From Candidatus Gastranaerophilales bacterium (GTDB lineage Bacteria > Cyanobacteriota > Vampirovibrionia > Gastranaerophilales > Gastranaerophilaceae), in NCBI GenBank assembly GCA_944326545.1, contig CALVEH010000001.1, positions 9,422 through 73,421 on the forward strand: DNA of 64,000 nt. The letters are read 5' to 3'. The translations under genes and the position numbers were made by a program. Under the pieces are notes generated by a model, which saw nothing but the letters and a program-made list of their open reading frames with translations, searched no databases and was not told the DNA's origin. How positions within the stretch are numbered: position 1 is the stretch's first letter; every line of letters begins with the position of its first letter. Shown here in pieces: positions 38,399 through 47,787 of the stretch.

Positions 38399-39130
38399 AT
38401 GAAAAAACTAACTAAAATATTATTAATAAATTTAATAATGACAGCAGCAATCTCTGTTGGCATAGCCCAAAAGTGTGCTGCACAAACTCTTTCTGCAGAA
38501 AAATTTAAAGCACTCGTTGCTGCTCAAGCTAAAAAAGATTTAGAAAAATATGACCTTGATGAGTGCGAAGTAACTGTCGGTCACTTGCCGATACAAAGCT
38601 TTAACCTTCCTGACGGAAAAATAACTGTAGAGCTTGTTTCTAACGGATACAATAGCTTAACGGCGAAAGAATTTAAAAAGGTAAACATCAGAGTAAACAA
38701 CGCTTATGCAAGAACGTATTATGTTCCTTTAGAAACTAAAGCTTACAAATACGTTGCAGTAGCAAAAGAAGTTATTCAAAGAGATAAAATTATTCCGCTT
38801 CAAGCAGTAGAGTTCAAAAAAGTAGATATCATGGGCAACCTTGATAACACTGTCAGCGCAAGCGATATAGCAAAAGAACTCGTTGCAACAAGAATGTTTT
38901 ATCCGGGAAATTTGATAACAAAAAGATACACAATGTCAAAACCTGATGTTGTTAAAAACGCGATGGTTACAGTCAATTTCAGAACAGGAGCAGACCTGAA
39001 TGTTTCTATAGAAGGAGTCGCTCTAATGCAAGGCAACATCGGAGATACAATTCAGGTAAAAAACAAAAGGTTTAACAAAATCTACACGGGAGAAGTAACA
39101 GGCGTAAATCAGGTGCTTGTACAAATATAA
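38399..39130 (+). CDS. flgA: Flagellar P-ring assembly chaperone FlgA
   Basis: Signal peptide and a C-terminal SAF/FlgA-like region (GDTIQVKNKRFNKIYTGEV). Positioned before flgH-flgI. Confidence 0.7.
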   Translation: MKKLTKILLINLIMTAAISVGIAQKCAAQTLSAEKFKALVAAQAKKDLEKYDLDECEVTVGHLPIQSFNLPDGKITVELVSNGYNSLTAKEFKKVNIRVNNAYARTYYVPLETKAYKYVAVAKEVIQRDKIIPLQAVEFKKVDIMGNLDNTVSASDIAKELVATRMFYPGNLITKRYTMSKPDVVKNAMVTVNFRTGADLNVSIEGVALMQGNIGDTIQVKNKRFNKIYTGEVTGVNQVLVQI

Positions 39131-39162
39131 AAAAGATTTTTCAGGGGAGAGATAAAATAAAA

Positions 39163-39804
39163 ATGGGTAAGATTAAAAACATAAAAAAATTAATACTGAT
39201 ACTTGCAGCATTTTTAATGGTAGCGCAAGTTGTTCAAGAGGCAAAAGCAGAGTCTTTGTATTCACTTGGTGCTTCACAATCTTTTTATGCAGAGCCAAAA
39301 TCTCTCTTTGGAAGTGTAAGAGCACGTTCTGTAGGTGACTTAGTTACAATTCTTTTGAACGAAACAATCACTGTTAACGATTCATTAAACTACTCTGCAG
39401 ACCGTTCATCAAATACTGTTGATAACTTTACAAACTTTATCAACAAAGTATTACCCGGCACTCCTCTTAATAACAAGTTTAATAACTTTGGTGGTGAAAA
39501 CACAGTACAAAGTACAACTTCTAACCAACGTTCAATGGGTGTAACAGATTCCGTAACCGTTCAAGTAGTACAACTTTTGCCAAACGGAAACCTAATGGTA
39601 CAAGGTAAAAAGACTATTGTTAACGGAACAGAAAGAGTTGATTTTCTCGTAAGCGGTGTTGTTGACCCGAGATGGATAGACCAAAAAGGTCAAGTTAACT
39701 CAAAAAACGTTGCTAACTTACAATTCGCTCTCGCAGGTAAAGGTTCTGTAACAAGAGCAGGCAACGAAGGCTTCATCAACAGAGCTGTAAGATACTTATT
39801 CTAA
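39163..39804 (+). CDS. flgH: Flagellar L-ring protein FlgH
   Basis: Signal peptide, ARSVGDLVTILLNE, VVQLLPNGNLMVQGKK. Confidence 0.88.
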   Translation: MGKIKNIKKLILILAAFLMVAQVVQEAKAESLYSLGASQSFYAEPKSLFGSVRARSVGDLVTILLNETITVNDSLNYSADRSSNTVDNFTNFINKVLPGTPLNNKFNNFGGENTVQSTTSNQRSMGVTDSVTVQVVQLLPNGNLMVQGKKTIVNGTERVDFLVSGVVDPRWIDQKGQVNSKNVANLQFALAGKGSVTRAGNEGFINRAVRYLF

Positions 39805-39827
39805 TAACTTATAAACAGGATGATAAA

Positions 39828-40931
39828 ATGAAAAAATTATTCAAAATATTACTAATAACATTAATGATTACAGGCATGATTTCGGCAGACGCCATGTCAG
39901 CAATGGTCAGAATCAAAGACATCGCTCACGTCAAAGGCGTAAGAAACAACCAACTTGTCGGTTATGGTGTTGTTGTTGGTTTGCCAGGTACAGGTGACAA
40001 CTCTCGTTCAACACAAATCACAAACCAAATGTTATTACAAAACTTGGGTACGGTAATTGAACAATCAAACTACATTCAAAAAGGTTCATCAGCTGCAGTT
40101 TTGGTTACTGCCACAGTTCCACCGTTTGCAAAAAACGGAGACCAAATCGACTTAACCGTATCAACAATGGCTGACGCAAAAAGCCTTGAGGGCGGTGTTT
40201 TGGTTCAAACACAATTGAGAGCACCTAACGGAGAAATCGTTGCAATAGGTCAAGGTCCTGTATCAGTTGGCGGTATCTCTAAAGATTCTAACGGCTCAAG
40301 CACAAGAACAGCAATCACTACTACAGGCAGAATCCCAAGAGGCGGTATTGTTGAAAGAGATATCAACACAACTATCGGAGATGAAAACTCTTTAACATTA
40401 CTCTTAGACCGTTCAGACTACACAATGGCTACAAGAGTTGCAAACACAATCAGCAAAAATGTTACAGCTGCAAAAGCAATGGACGGCTCAAGCATTAAGG
40501 TTTCAATACCTGCAAAATTCAATAACGACAGAATCGCTTTTCTTTCAATATTGGAAAATATGATGGTTGACGCAACAAAAGATAAAGCCAGAGTTGTCAT
40601 CAACGAAAGAACAGGAACAATCGTTATCGGCAGCGAAGTTAAATTGCTCCCTGCTGCTGTTGCACACGGAAATATCACAGTTACTGTTCAAACTACAAAT
40701 CAGGTTTCTCAACCTGAACCATTCTCTGGCGGTTCAACAACAGCTTTTGGCAACAGCGCAATCTCTGTAAACAAAGGTTCAGGCAGCCTTGTTACAGTAC
40801 CTGCCAACAGCACTTTAAACGACTTAGTCAGAGCACTTAACGCAATCGGAGTTGCACCTATAGATTTAATATCTATCATGCAAGCTCTTAGAGAAGCAGG
40901 AAGCCTTCAAGCAGAAATCGAAGTTATCTAA
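39828..40931 (+). CDS. flgI: Flagellar P-ring protein FlgI
   Basis: Signal peptide, VRIKDIAHVKGVRNNQLVGYGVVVGLPGTGD, C-terminal LISIMQALREAGSLQAEIEVI. Confidence 0.93.
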   Translation: MKKLFKILLITLMITGMISADAMSAMVRIKDIAHVKGVRNNQLVGYGVVVGLPGTGDNSRSTQITNQMLLQNLGTVIEQSNYIQKGSSAAVLVTATVPPFAKNGDQIDLTVSTMADAKSLEGGVLVQTQLRAPNGEIVAIGQGPVSVGGISKDSNGSSTRTAITTTGRIPRGGIVERDINTTIGDENSLTLLLDRSDYTMATRVANTISKNVTAAKAMDGSSIKVSIPAKFNNDRIAFLSILENMMVDATKDKARVVINERTGTIVIGSEVKLLPAAVAHGNITVTVQTTNQVSQPEPFSGGSTTAFGNSAISVNKGSGSLVTVPANSTLNDLVRALNAIGVAPIDLISIMQALREAGSLQAEIEVI

Positions 40932-40941
40932 AAGGAAGATT

Positions 40942-41352
40942 ATGTCATACACATCAATACAATCACAATCATTACCCGCAGATATCATAAACACAGATGT
41001 GCAAACTTTGGACAATATTAAAAGAATAAAGTCACAAAAAGCACAGTTAAAAAAGGTTTCTACAGAATTTGAAGCAATCTTCGTAACAAAAATGATTTCG
41101 GCATTAGACAAAACTGTAGATAGAGAAGGCGGAATCTTTGGCGAAGATAACAAATACATGGATAAATTTAAATCATTTATCTATAACGAAGTAGGTCGTC
41201 AAATCGCTTCAAATCCACACTCAACAGTAGGTTTTGCAAAACAAATCTATTCGCAAATGGAAAAATCTTTGCCTAAAGAAACAGATGAAATTACTCAAGC
41301 AGCACAAACTGCAAAAGCAGAAGCATATAAAAAAGTCGATAAGGAGATATAA
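40942..41352 (+). CDS. flgJ: Rod-binding protein (FlgJ N-terminal domain only)
   Basis: KKVSTEFEAIFVTKMISALDKT is the FlgJ rod-binding motif. At 136 aa it has no muramidase domain. Confidence 0.7.
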   Translation: MSYTSIQSQSLPADIINTDVQTLDNIKRIKSQKAQLKKVSTEFEAIFVTKMISALDKTVDREGGIFGEDNKYMDKFKSFIYNEVGRQIASNPHSTVGFAKQIYSQMEKSLPKETDEITQAAQTAKAEAYKKVDKEI

Positions 41353-41358
41353 ATCTAA

Positions 41359-41643
41359 ATGTTAGGGTCAGTTAATTCGTCAAATGTTAGTGCAATCCAA
41401 CTCTTGAACGCAGCAAACGCGTTTAAGAACACAAGAGTGTCAAACCCGATTGAACAACAACAAAACTCAATACCTCAAATTTCTGACGGAATTGATATAA
41501 ACGATGATTCAATTTTAAAATCACAAAACATAGACGAAATAAAAAAATACGCAGAAATGGCTGGAGAAAATGACCTCTCTGAAGAAGATATAAAATACGG
41601 CCTAAGCTATGGCAGAAGTGTAATTGTTGAATACTTGGCCTAA
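41359..41643 (+). CDS. Hypothetical 94-aa protein in the position usually held by flgM
   Basis: Small acidic protein between flgJ and an flgN-like gene. The sequence is not clearly FlgM-like. Confidence 0.25.
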   Translation: MLGSVNSSNVSAIQLLNAANAFKNTRVSNPIEQQQNSIPQISDGIDINDDSILKSQNIDEIKKYAEMAGENDLSEEDIKYGLSYGRSVIVEYLA

Positions 41644-41670
41644 AAAAGTTAAAACACAGGAGATAAAATA

Positions 41671-42171
41671 ATGATTAACGAACAAATAAAAGAACTCGAA
41701 ACACTTATCGATAAAGAAATTGACGGTTACAAAAATATAGAAAAACTCTACACCGATAAAAAAGAAATCTTAATACAAGGCAAAGCAACCGACCTGTACG
41801 ACATTGATTCAAAAATCGTAAACACTTACAAAGAAATTAATGATCTTTCCGAATCAAGAAAAAATGTAACAAAAACTCTTGATATACCTACATTTTCAAT
41901 GACAGATATCATAAATAAAATCAGAACGACTGATGAAAATGCAGCTAAAAAGTTTGCTCAAAAAAAGGAAGAAGTAAACGAGCTTGCAAAACGTATCTAT
42001 AAACTTGAAAAAATCAATCTTGAATTAACAAAACACGGAATATACCTCACAAACAAAACAATCGAGTCAATGCTAAAAGGAGCAAATTCCGTAAACAAAG
42101 AATACAACAGCAAAGGTCAAAATATTACTAACGACCAGCTAAAAATGTCATCAATAGTAGAAGAAGCATAA
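41671..42171 (+). CDS. flgN: FlgN-like flagellar chaperone
   Basis: 166-aa helical protein immediately upstream of flgK. The N-terminal ELETLIDKEIDGYKNIEKLYTDKKEILIQG pattern resembles FlgN. Confidence 0.45.
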   Translation: MINEQIKELETLIDKEIDGYKNIEKLYTDKKEILIQGKATDLYDIDSKIVNTYKEINDLSESRKNVTKTLDIPTFSMTDIINKIRTTDENAAKKFAQKKEEVNELAKRIYKLEKINLELTKHGIYLTNKTIESMLKGANSVNKEYNSKGQNITNDQLKMSSIVEEA

Positions 42172-42195
42172 TTAAAAACTAAACAGGATAAAAAA

Positions 42196-43749
42196 ATGAC
42201 AACATCATTATTTGGAATACTAAATATGTCACAACGTTCAATAGCAAACAACCAAGCTGCATTGAACATTGTAAGTAACAACATCTCCAATATGAACAAC
42301 TCAACATATTCAAAACAAAGCGTTGTTCTGAGTTCATTACCATGTTACAACTCATTCAGATATTGTTCATCTAATGGAAGTCTGCAAATAGGTTCTGGTG
42401 CAGAAATCACAGCTATTACAAGAAACCGTGCTCAATGGCTTGATAATTATTATAGAGAACAAAACACCTCATTTGGTTACTACAACCAAATCGGCGGTAT
42501 GACAAACAATATAGAAAATATGTTGAATAATGAATTGAGTTCAACAGGTTTGCAACAAAAATTATCCGATTTCTTCTCTGCTTCTCAATCTTTAACAGCA
42601 GATCCAACAAATAACGCATACCGCATAGCTTTTGTAGAAGCAGCACAAAACGTTGCAAATATGTTAAACGGAATGTCTTCAAGCTTAAAAAATATGAGAG
42701 AACAAGCAGTTGGTACAGTGGGCGACCCTGACAGCTTTGCTCAATCTCAAATAAAAATGCACACAGATGATCTCAACAAAAAGCTTGCTCAACTTGCAGA
42801 ACTAAACGGAAAACTTGCACAATCTCAAGCAGGTGGCAGCTGCAACAATGATTTGCTTGACCAAAGAGATGCACTTCTTGATGAAATTTCTCAAGCAATA
42901 CCGCTTACAACAACTACAAACACAAATGGCACAGTCAATGTCTACATCGGCAACCAAGCAGTTGTTAAAGGCGGAGAAGTTAAACTCACACTCAACGCTG
43001 TACAAACAGATGATGAAGACAATCCTGTCGAAATCCAATTGGTTGATGAAGAAGGAAAAGTCAAAGTTGATGATATTACAAAAGACCTATCTTCAGGTTC
43101 TTTAAAAGCTATTCTTGATTCTGGTGGAGTTGACGGATTAACCTACAAATCAGTATTAAATGAAATAGATAAAATTGCTAAAGCTTTTGCCGAAGAAATG
43201 AATAAAATCCAAACAGGAACGGAAGATGGCACAATTCCTTACTGTATAGACGAAAACGGCCAGCTTGTCCAAGCAACAGAACCTATTTTCATAGCAGAAG
43301 GCGGAGGCGATTTTACAGCAGGTAATATCAAAATAAATCCTAATATTTTGCAAAACCCAAGGCTTATCGCCACAGCAAGAGGTCCGGCTGATATGGATCC
43401 TAATGCTGTCGGTAACACTTCAAACCTTGACAGATTTAATGCACTTGAAAAGCAAAAACTTCCAGGTCTTGCTGTTGTGGAAGGTGTCGGTAACGGACAA
43501 ACTCTCAGTGAATTTATCACAGGTCTTGTTGCAGATGTCGGTTCTGATATTCAAACAATAAACGACTCATACACTGCACAAAAAACTATTACTCAACAAG
43601 CAGAATCTCAACGAGGTGCATACACAGGCGTTGATTTGAACGAAGAACTCTCTGATTTAATCAAGTTCCAACGTTCTTACGAGGCTTCTGCCAGAGTATT
43701 TAACGTTGCAAGCCAATTAATGGAAATACTTACCCAACTCGGACAATAA
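42196..43749 (+). CDS. flgK: Flagellar hook-associated protein 1, FlgK
   Basis: N-terminal FGILNMSQRSIANNQAALNIVSNNISNMNN and C-terminal EELSDLIKFQRSYEASARVF. Confidence 0.9.
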   Translation: MTTSLFGILNMSQRSIANNQAALNIVSNNISNMNNSTYSKQSVVLSSLPCYNSFRYCSSNGSLQIGSGAEITAITRNRAQWLDNYYREQNTSFGYYNQIGGMTNNIENMLNNELSSTGLQQKLSDFFSASQSLTADPTNNAYRIAFVEAAQNVANMLNGMSSSLKNMREQAVGTVGDPDSFAQSQIKMHTDDLNKKLAQLAELNGKLAQSQAGGSCNNDLLDQRDALLDEISQAIPLTTTTNTNGTVNVYIGNQAVVKGGEVKLTLNAVQTDDEDNPVEIQLVDEEGKVKVDDITKDLSSGSLKAILDSGGVDGLTYKSVLNEIDKIAKAFAEEMNKIQTGTEDGTIPYCIDENGQLVQATEPIFIAEGGGDFTAGNIKINPNILQNPRLIATARGPADMDPNAVGNTSNLDRFNALEKQKLPGLAVVEGVGNGQTLSEFITGLVADVGSDIQTINDSYTAQKTITQQAESQRGAYTGVDLNEELSDLIKFQRSYEASARVFNVASQLMEILTQLGQ

Positions 43750-43762
43750 ATAAGAGGTTATT

Positions 43763-44698
43763 ATGATAATAAGACAAACAAATTATAACAATATGAATAA
43801 TTTCAATGCCTTGATGGAGCAGCAAAACAAGCTCTATGACATATATAACAAGCTTAATTCAACTCACAAATTTTCAAATATCTCAGAAAATCCGATTGAT
43901 GCAACAGGCGTTATCAACGTAAACACAGAACTTCAAAAACTTGAAACTTATCAAAAAAACGTTAATAATGCTACAACTCAACTAGATTATCTCGATGATA
44001 CTTTTTCAACAATCATCGATAAAATGCAAAGAATAAACGAACTTGCTGTTCAAGCTGCAAACGGCGCAGGCGGGACAACGACAATTGAAGCTTGTAGAAC
44101 AGAAATCAAAGAGCTTAAAGAAAACATTGTTGCTCTTGCAAATACTCAACATAACGGAGTCTATATTTTTGGTGGAGCAAACACTACAACACCGCCATAC
44201 ACTCTTGAAGATGACGGTTCTATCGTTTACAGCGGCACTCCATCTACAGACCCTGGACACGCAAGAAAACTGGAAATCTCTGACGGTGTGTATGTTACTC
44301 TAAATGCTGCAGGTGATCAAGTGTTTGGAAACTTTGACAATACTGTTGACCCACCAACAGGCGAAGGATTGTTTAAAGTTCTAGGTGATTTAGAAGCTGC
44401 ACTAAACCTTGACCCGTCTGATACTAAACAAATCTCTGCACAATTAGATAATATTCAAAATTCAATTGCTCATGTTTCAGAGGTTCAATCAATTTTTGGG
44501 GCTAGTGCTGCAAAGCTTGAAATGACTCAAAATACATTGGACGAAACAAAAATTATTCTGCAATCTCAAAGAGCTAATTTGCAAGAAATTGATCAAGCAG
44601 AAGTTATTTCGGAATTTATAAAACAAAACTATGCATATCAAGCATCTATGCAGGTTTACACTTCTATGCAAAATAATTCGTTATTGAATTATATGTAA
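43763..44698 (+). CDS. flgL: Flagellar hook-associated protein 3, FlgL
   Basis: Flagellin-like N- and C-terminal helices (RINELAVQAANG...; EVISEFIKQNYAYQASMQV). Follows flgK. Confidence 0.85.
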   Translation: MIIRQTNYNNMNNFNALMEQQNKLYDIYNKLNSTHKFSNISENPIDATGVINVNTELQKLETYQKNVNNATTQLDYLDDTFSTIIDKMQRINELAVQAANGAGGTTTIEACRTEIKELKENIVALANTQHNGVYIFGGANTTTPPYTLEDDGSIVYSGTPSTDPGHARKLEISDGVYVTLNAAGDQVFGNFDNTVDPPTGEGLFKVLGDLEAALNLDPSDTKQISAQLDNIQNSIAHVSEVQSIFGASAAKLEMTQNTLDETKIILQSQRANLQEIDQAEVISEFIKQNYAYQASMQVYTSMQNNSLLNYM

Positions 44699-44893
44699 AA
44701 ACAAGTTTAATCTTACCATTATTTAATTTACGGGCGTGACTAGGGATATCAAAAATAGTTTTGCCCTTTTTTTTGCTTTTTTTTCCTTGCAAGTTAAAAC
44801 CAGCAAAATAGTATCGCAAAACTTTTATCAATGGTTCTTGCAGTGTAGCAAATGACTTTTTTATAAAACTATTACATTTAGCCAAAATAAATA

Positions 44894-45808
44894 CTATGGT
44901 TTTTGAACTACAATTCCAACCCATTGTTCCTGATGCATAATTTCAACAACCTTTAAGCCGTGTTCTTCCACTGCATCAAGCACCATTTGTTTTTTCTCAT
45001 CCAAAATACCGCTCATAACCATCAACGCTTGCGGCTTCATAATATTTTTTAAGTCGCCCATAATCTCTGCAAGGATATTATGCAAAATATTTGCACAAAC
45101 AAAATCATACTGTTCGTTAAGCATATCCGCAGTTGCATGAGAAAAATCAATTTTATTAAAAACGCAATTCATTTGAGCATTGTCTTTTGCCACATCAATA
45201 ACCAACGGGTCGTTATCAATACCTATAGCGTGACTTGCACCAAACTTAATTGCAGCGATAGCCAAAATCCCAGAGCCGGTACCTATATCAGCAACCTCAT
45301 CACCTTTTTTGAGATACTTTTCAATTGCCTGAATACACAATTGAGTTGTAGCGTGAGTACCTGTACCAAAAGCAGAACCAGGGTCTAATGTAATTAATAT
45401 ATCACCGTCTTTTCTTGTGCATTCTTCCCAAGACGGACAAATCACAACGTGTTCTGATGCTTTTGTAGGTTTCCAGTGTTCTTTCCACTTTCGTGACCAA
45501 TCTTGATTAATGATTTTTTTAGCAGAAACGCTCCACTCACCGAGTTCTTCGTCAGTAAAGCCTTCTTCTTTTAACTCTTCTTTTGCATGGTCAAAGACTT
45601 TTTGAATTTCTTCAACAGAAAAATCTTCTTCCTCATATTTGATATAACCTTTAGCAATGTTATTTGTTGTTTCTATAAGCTCAAGGTCTTTATATTTTTC
45701 TTCAGCCTGAACAACGCCTTCACACTCAAAACGTTCAAAGAAAATTTCCGTAACAAGCTCTATCGCACAAGGATTGATTTTTACGGCAACTTCAAAATAG
45801 TCTTTCAT
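44894..45808 (-). CDS. prmA: Ribosomal protein L11 methyltransferase
   Basis: DPGSAFGTGTHATTQLC and the SAM motif DIGTGSGILAIAA. Confidence 0.9.
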   Translation of the reverse strand: MKDYFEVAVKINPCAIELVTEIFFERFECEGVVQAEEKYKDLELIETTNNIAKGYIKYEEEDFSVEEIQKVFDHAKEELKEEGFTDEELGEWSVSAKKIINQDWSRKWKEHWKPTKASEHVVICPSWEECTRKDGDILITLDPGSAFGTGTHATTQLCIQAIEKYLKKGDEVADIGTGSGILAIAAIKFGASHAIGIDNDPLVIDVAKDNAQMNCVFNKIDFSHATADMLNEQYDFVCANILHNILAEIMGDLKNIMKPQALMVMSGILDEKKQMVLDAVEEHGLKVVEIMHQEQWVGIVVQKP

Positions 45809-45839
45809 TAAATAGTTATCTCCTTAGAGTAGTTGAAAA

Positions 45840-46787
45840 TTAAGAGTTAAATACACCCATTCTTCTGAATTTAGAATATCTGTCATCTTTAAGTTGTTGT
45901 GCTGACATATCCTTGTATTCATCTAAAGCGTTAAGAATTTCTTTTTTCAATTCTTCACCCATTGCTTCATAATCGTAGTGAGCACCACCCAAAGGCTCTT
46001 TAACGATTCCGTCAATGATGTTGTATTTAAGCAAATCAGGGCCAGTAATCTTAAGTGCTTCAGCAGCTTCAGAGGCTTTAGCAGCATCTCTCCACAAGAT
46101 AGAAGCACAACCTTCAGGAGAAATTACTGTGTAATATGCATGTTCTAAAACAAGAACCTTGTTAGCTACAGCCAAACCTAAAGCACCGCCTGAGCAGCCT
46201 TCGCCAGTAATAATAGCAATAATTGGAACATCAAGTTTTGCCATTTCTTTAAGGTTAACAGCAATAGCTATGCCTTGGCCGTGTTCTTCTGCTTTAATAC
46301 CTGGGTAAGCACCGGGGGTATCAATTAAAGTTACAATAGGCAGACCAAATCTATTAGCATGTTCAAAAAGTCTTAAAGCTTTTCTGTAGCCTTCCGGCTG
46401 TGGCATACCAAAGTTATAAACAAGGTTTTCTTTAGTAGATTTGCCTTTAACTGTACCAACAATCATAACAGGCTTGTCGCCAATTTTAGCAATACCGCCG
46501 ATTATAGCTCTGTCGTCAGTACCTTCTCTGTCACCGTGCATTTCTACAAAGTCTGTTGTAATCAAGTTGATATAATCCAAAAAGTTTGGACGATTAGGAT
46601 GTCTCGCAATTTGCAGTTTTTGCGACGGTTTTAGATTTTCGTACAATTCTTTTTTGTATTCGTGAGACTGATGTTCAAATATTTCAATCTCTTTGGACAA
46701 GTCCATACCCGATTCTTCACTCATTTTTCTTAGTTCTTCTATTTTTTCTTCTATTTTTATTATAGGTTTTTCAAAATCTAATTTCAT
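45840..46787 (-). CDS. accA: Acetyl-CoA carboxylase carboxyltransferase alpha subunit
   Basis: IARHPNRPNFLDYI...TLIDTPGAYPG...GEGCSGGALG. Confidence 0.95.
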   Translation of the reverse strand: MKLDFEKPIIKIEEKIEELRKMSEESGMDLSKEIEIFEHQSHEYKKELYENLKPSQKLQIARHPNRPNFLDYINLITTDFVEMHGDREGTDDRAIIGGIAKIGDKPVMIVGTVKGKSTKENLVYNFGMPQPEGYRKALRLFEHANRFGLPIVTLIDTPGAYPGIKAEEHGQGIAIAVNLKEMAKLDVPIIAIITGEGCSGGALGLAVANKVLVLEHAYYTVISPEGCASILWRDAAKASEAAEALKITGPDLLKYNIIDGIVKEPLGGAHYDYEAMGEELKKEILNALDEYKDMSAQQLKDDRYSKFRRMGVFNS

Positions 46788-46826
46788 AATCCCAATCCCT
46801 AAAAAATCCGTTTATATTTTAGCAAA

Positions 46827-47690
46827 TTAATGTTTGTGCAGTCTTAATATTTTAGCAAGAGTTGATTTTAATTCACTTCTCTTAGTAATCATATCAAGCT
46901 GACCATGTTTCATTAAATATTCTGCAGTTTGGAAATCAGCAGGTAATTTTTGTCTTATTGTTTGTTCAATAACACGACGACCTGCAAATCCTATTCTTGC
47001 GCCTTGTTCAGCAATAATAATATCGCCTATTGTACCAAAGCTTGCAGTAACACCACCGTAAGTAGGGTCTGTAAGAATATTTATATACAATAATTTTGCT
47101 TCATTAAGCTTTGCAACGGCACAGCTTGTTTTTGCCATTTGCATTAAAGAAAGTGCGCTTTCTTGCATTCTTGCACCGCCTGAAGCTGTTATTGTAACAA
47201 CTGGTAATTTTTTGGCCAATGCTTCTTCTATGATTCTTGTAACTTTTTCACCAACAACACTACCCATTGAACCGCCCATGTACTCAAAATCCATTATAGC
47301 ACAAGCGACTTCTTCACCTTCTACCTTACCGATACCTGTGATAACAGCATCGTTAAGATTTGTTTTTTCTTTAGCTTTTTGTTGTCTTTCTGTATAAGAT
47401 TCTGTATCAAAAAATTCAAGAGGGTCAGCAGGTGAAATATTTGAAAAATACTCTTCAAAAGTACCTTCATCAAAAAGCTGAGCTATTCTTGTTCTTGCAT
47501 TTATTCTGAAATGGTATCCGCACTCAGGGCACACCATCATATGATGTTCAAGTTCTTTCTTTGGCAACTGAGCATTACAGTTAAAACATTTTACCCAAAG
47601 CTTGCCTATATTGTCGTCGATTTTAGGGTCAATCGGACGAGCTGCGATTTGTTCTTCTTTTCTGGTTTCAAACCAATCTTTTAGAGTCAT
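46827..47690 (-). CDS. accD: Acetyl-CoA carboxylase carboxyltransferase beta subunit
   Basis: Zn ribbon CFNCNAQL...CPECGYH, then GGSMGSVVGEK and SGGARMQE. Confidence 0.95.
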   Translation of the reverse strand: MTLKDWFETRKEEQIAARPIDPKIDDNIGKLWVKCFNCNAQLPKKELEHHMMVCPECGYHFRINARTRIAQLFDEGTFEEYFSNISPADPLEFFDTESYTERQQKAKEKTNLNDAVITGIGKVEGEEVACAIMDFEYMGGSMGSVVGEKVTRIIEEALAKKLPVVTITASGGARMQESALSLMQMAKTSCAVAKLNEAKLLYINILTDPTYGGVTASFGTIGDIIIAEQGARIGFAGRRVIEQTIRQKLPADFQTAEYLMKHGQLDMITKRSELKSTLAKILRLHKH

Positions 47691-47787
47691 TTTATATATC
47701 TTCCCCTTGTCAATTTTAGTTTTGTTAGTCTTTATTATACTACAAATTGTTTTTTGTTCATCCGTATATCAGACAAACCTGTTAATA

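Noticed and set aside
44664-44924. 86-aa minus-strand ORF between flgL and prmA.
   Set aside because: It overlaps the 3' end of prmA in another frame and runs through T-rich terminator-like sequence. It is K-rich and low-complexity, with no SD.
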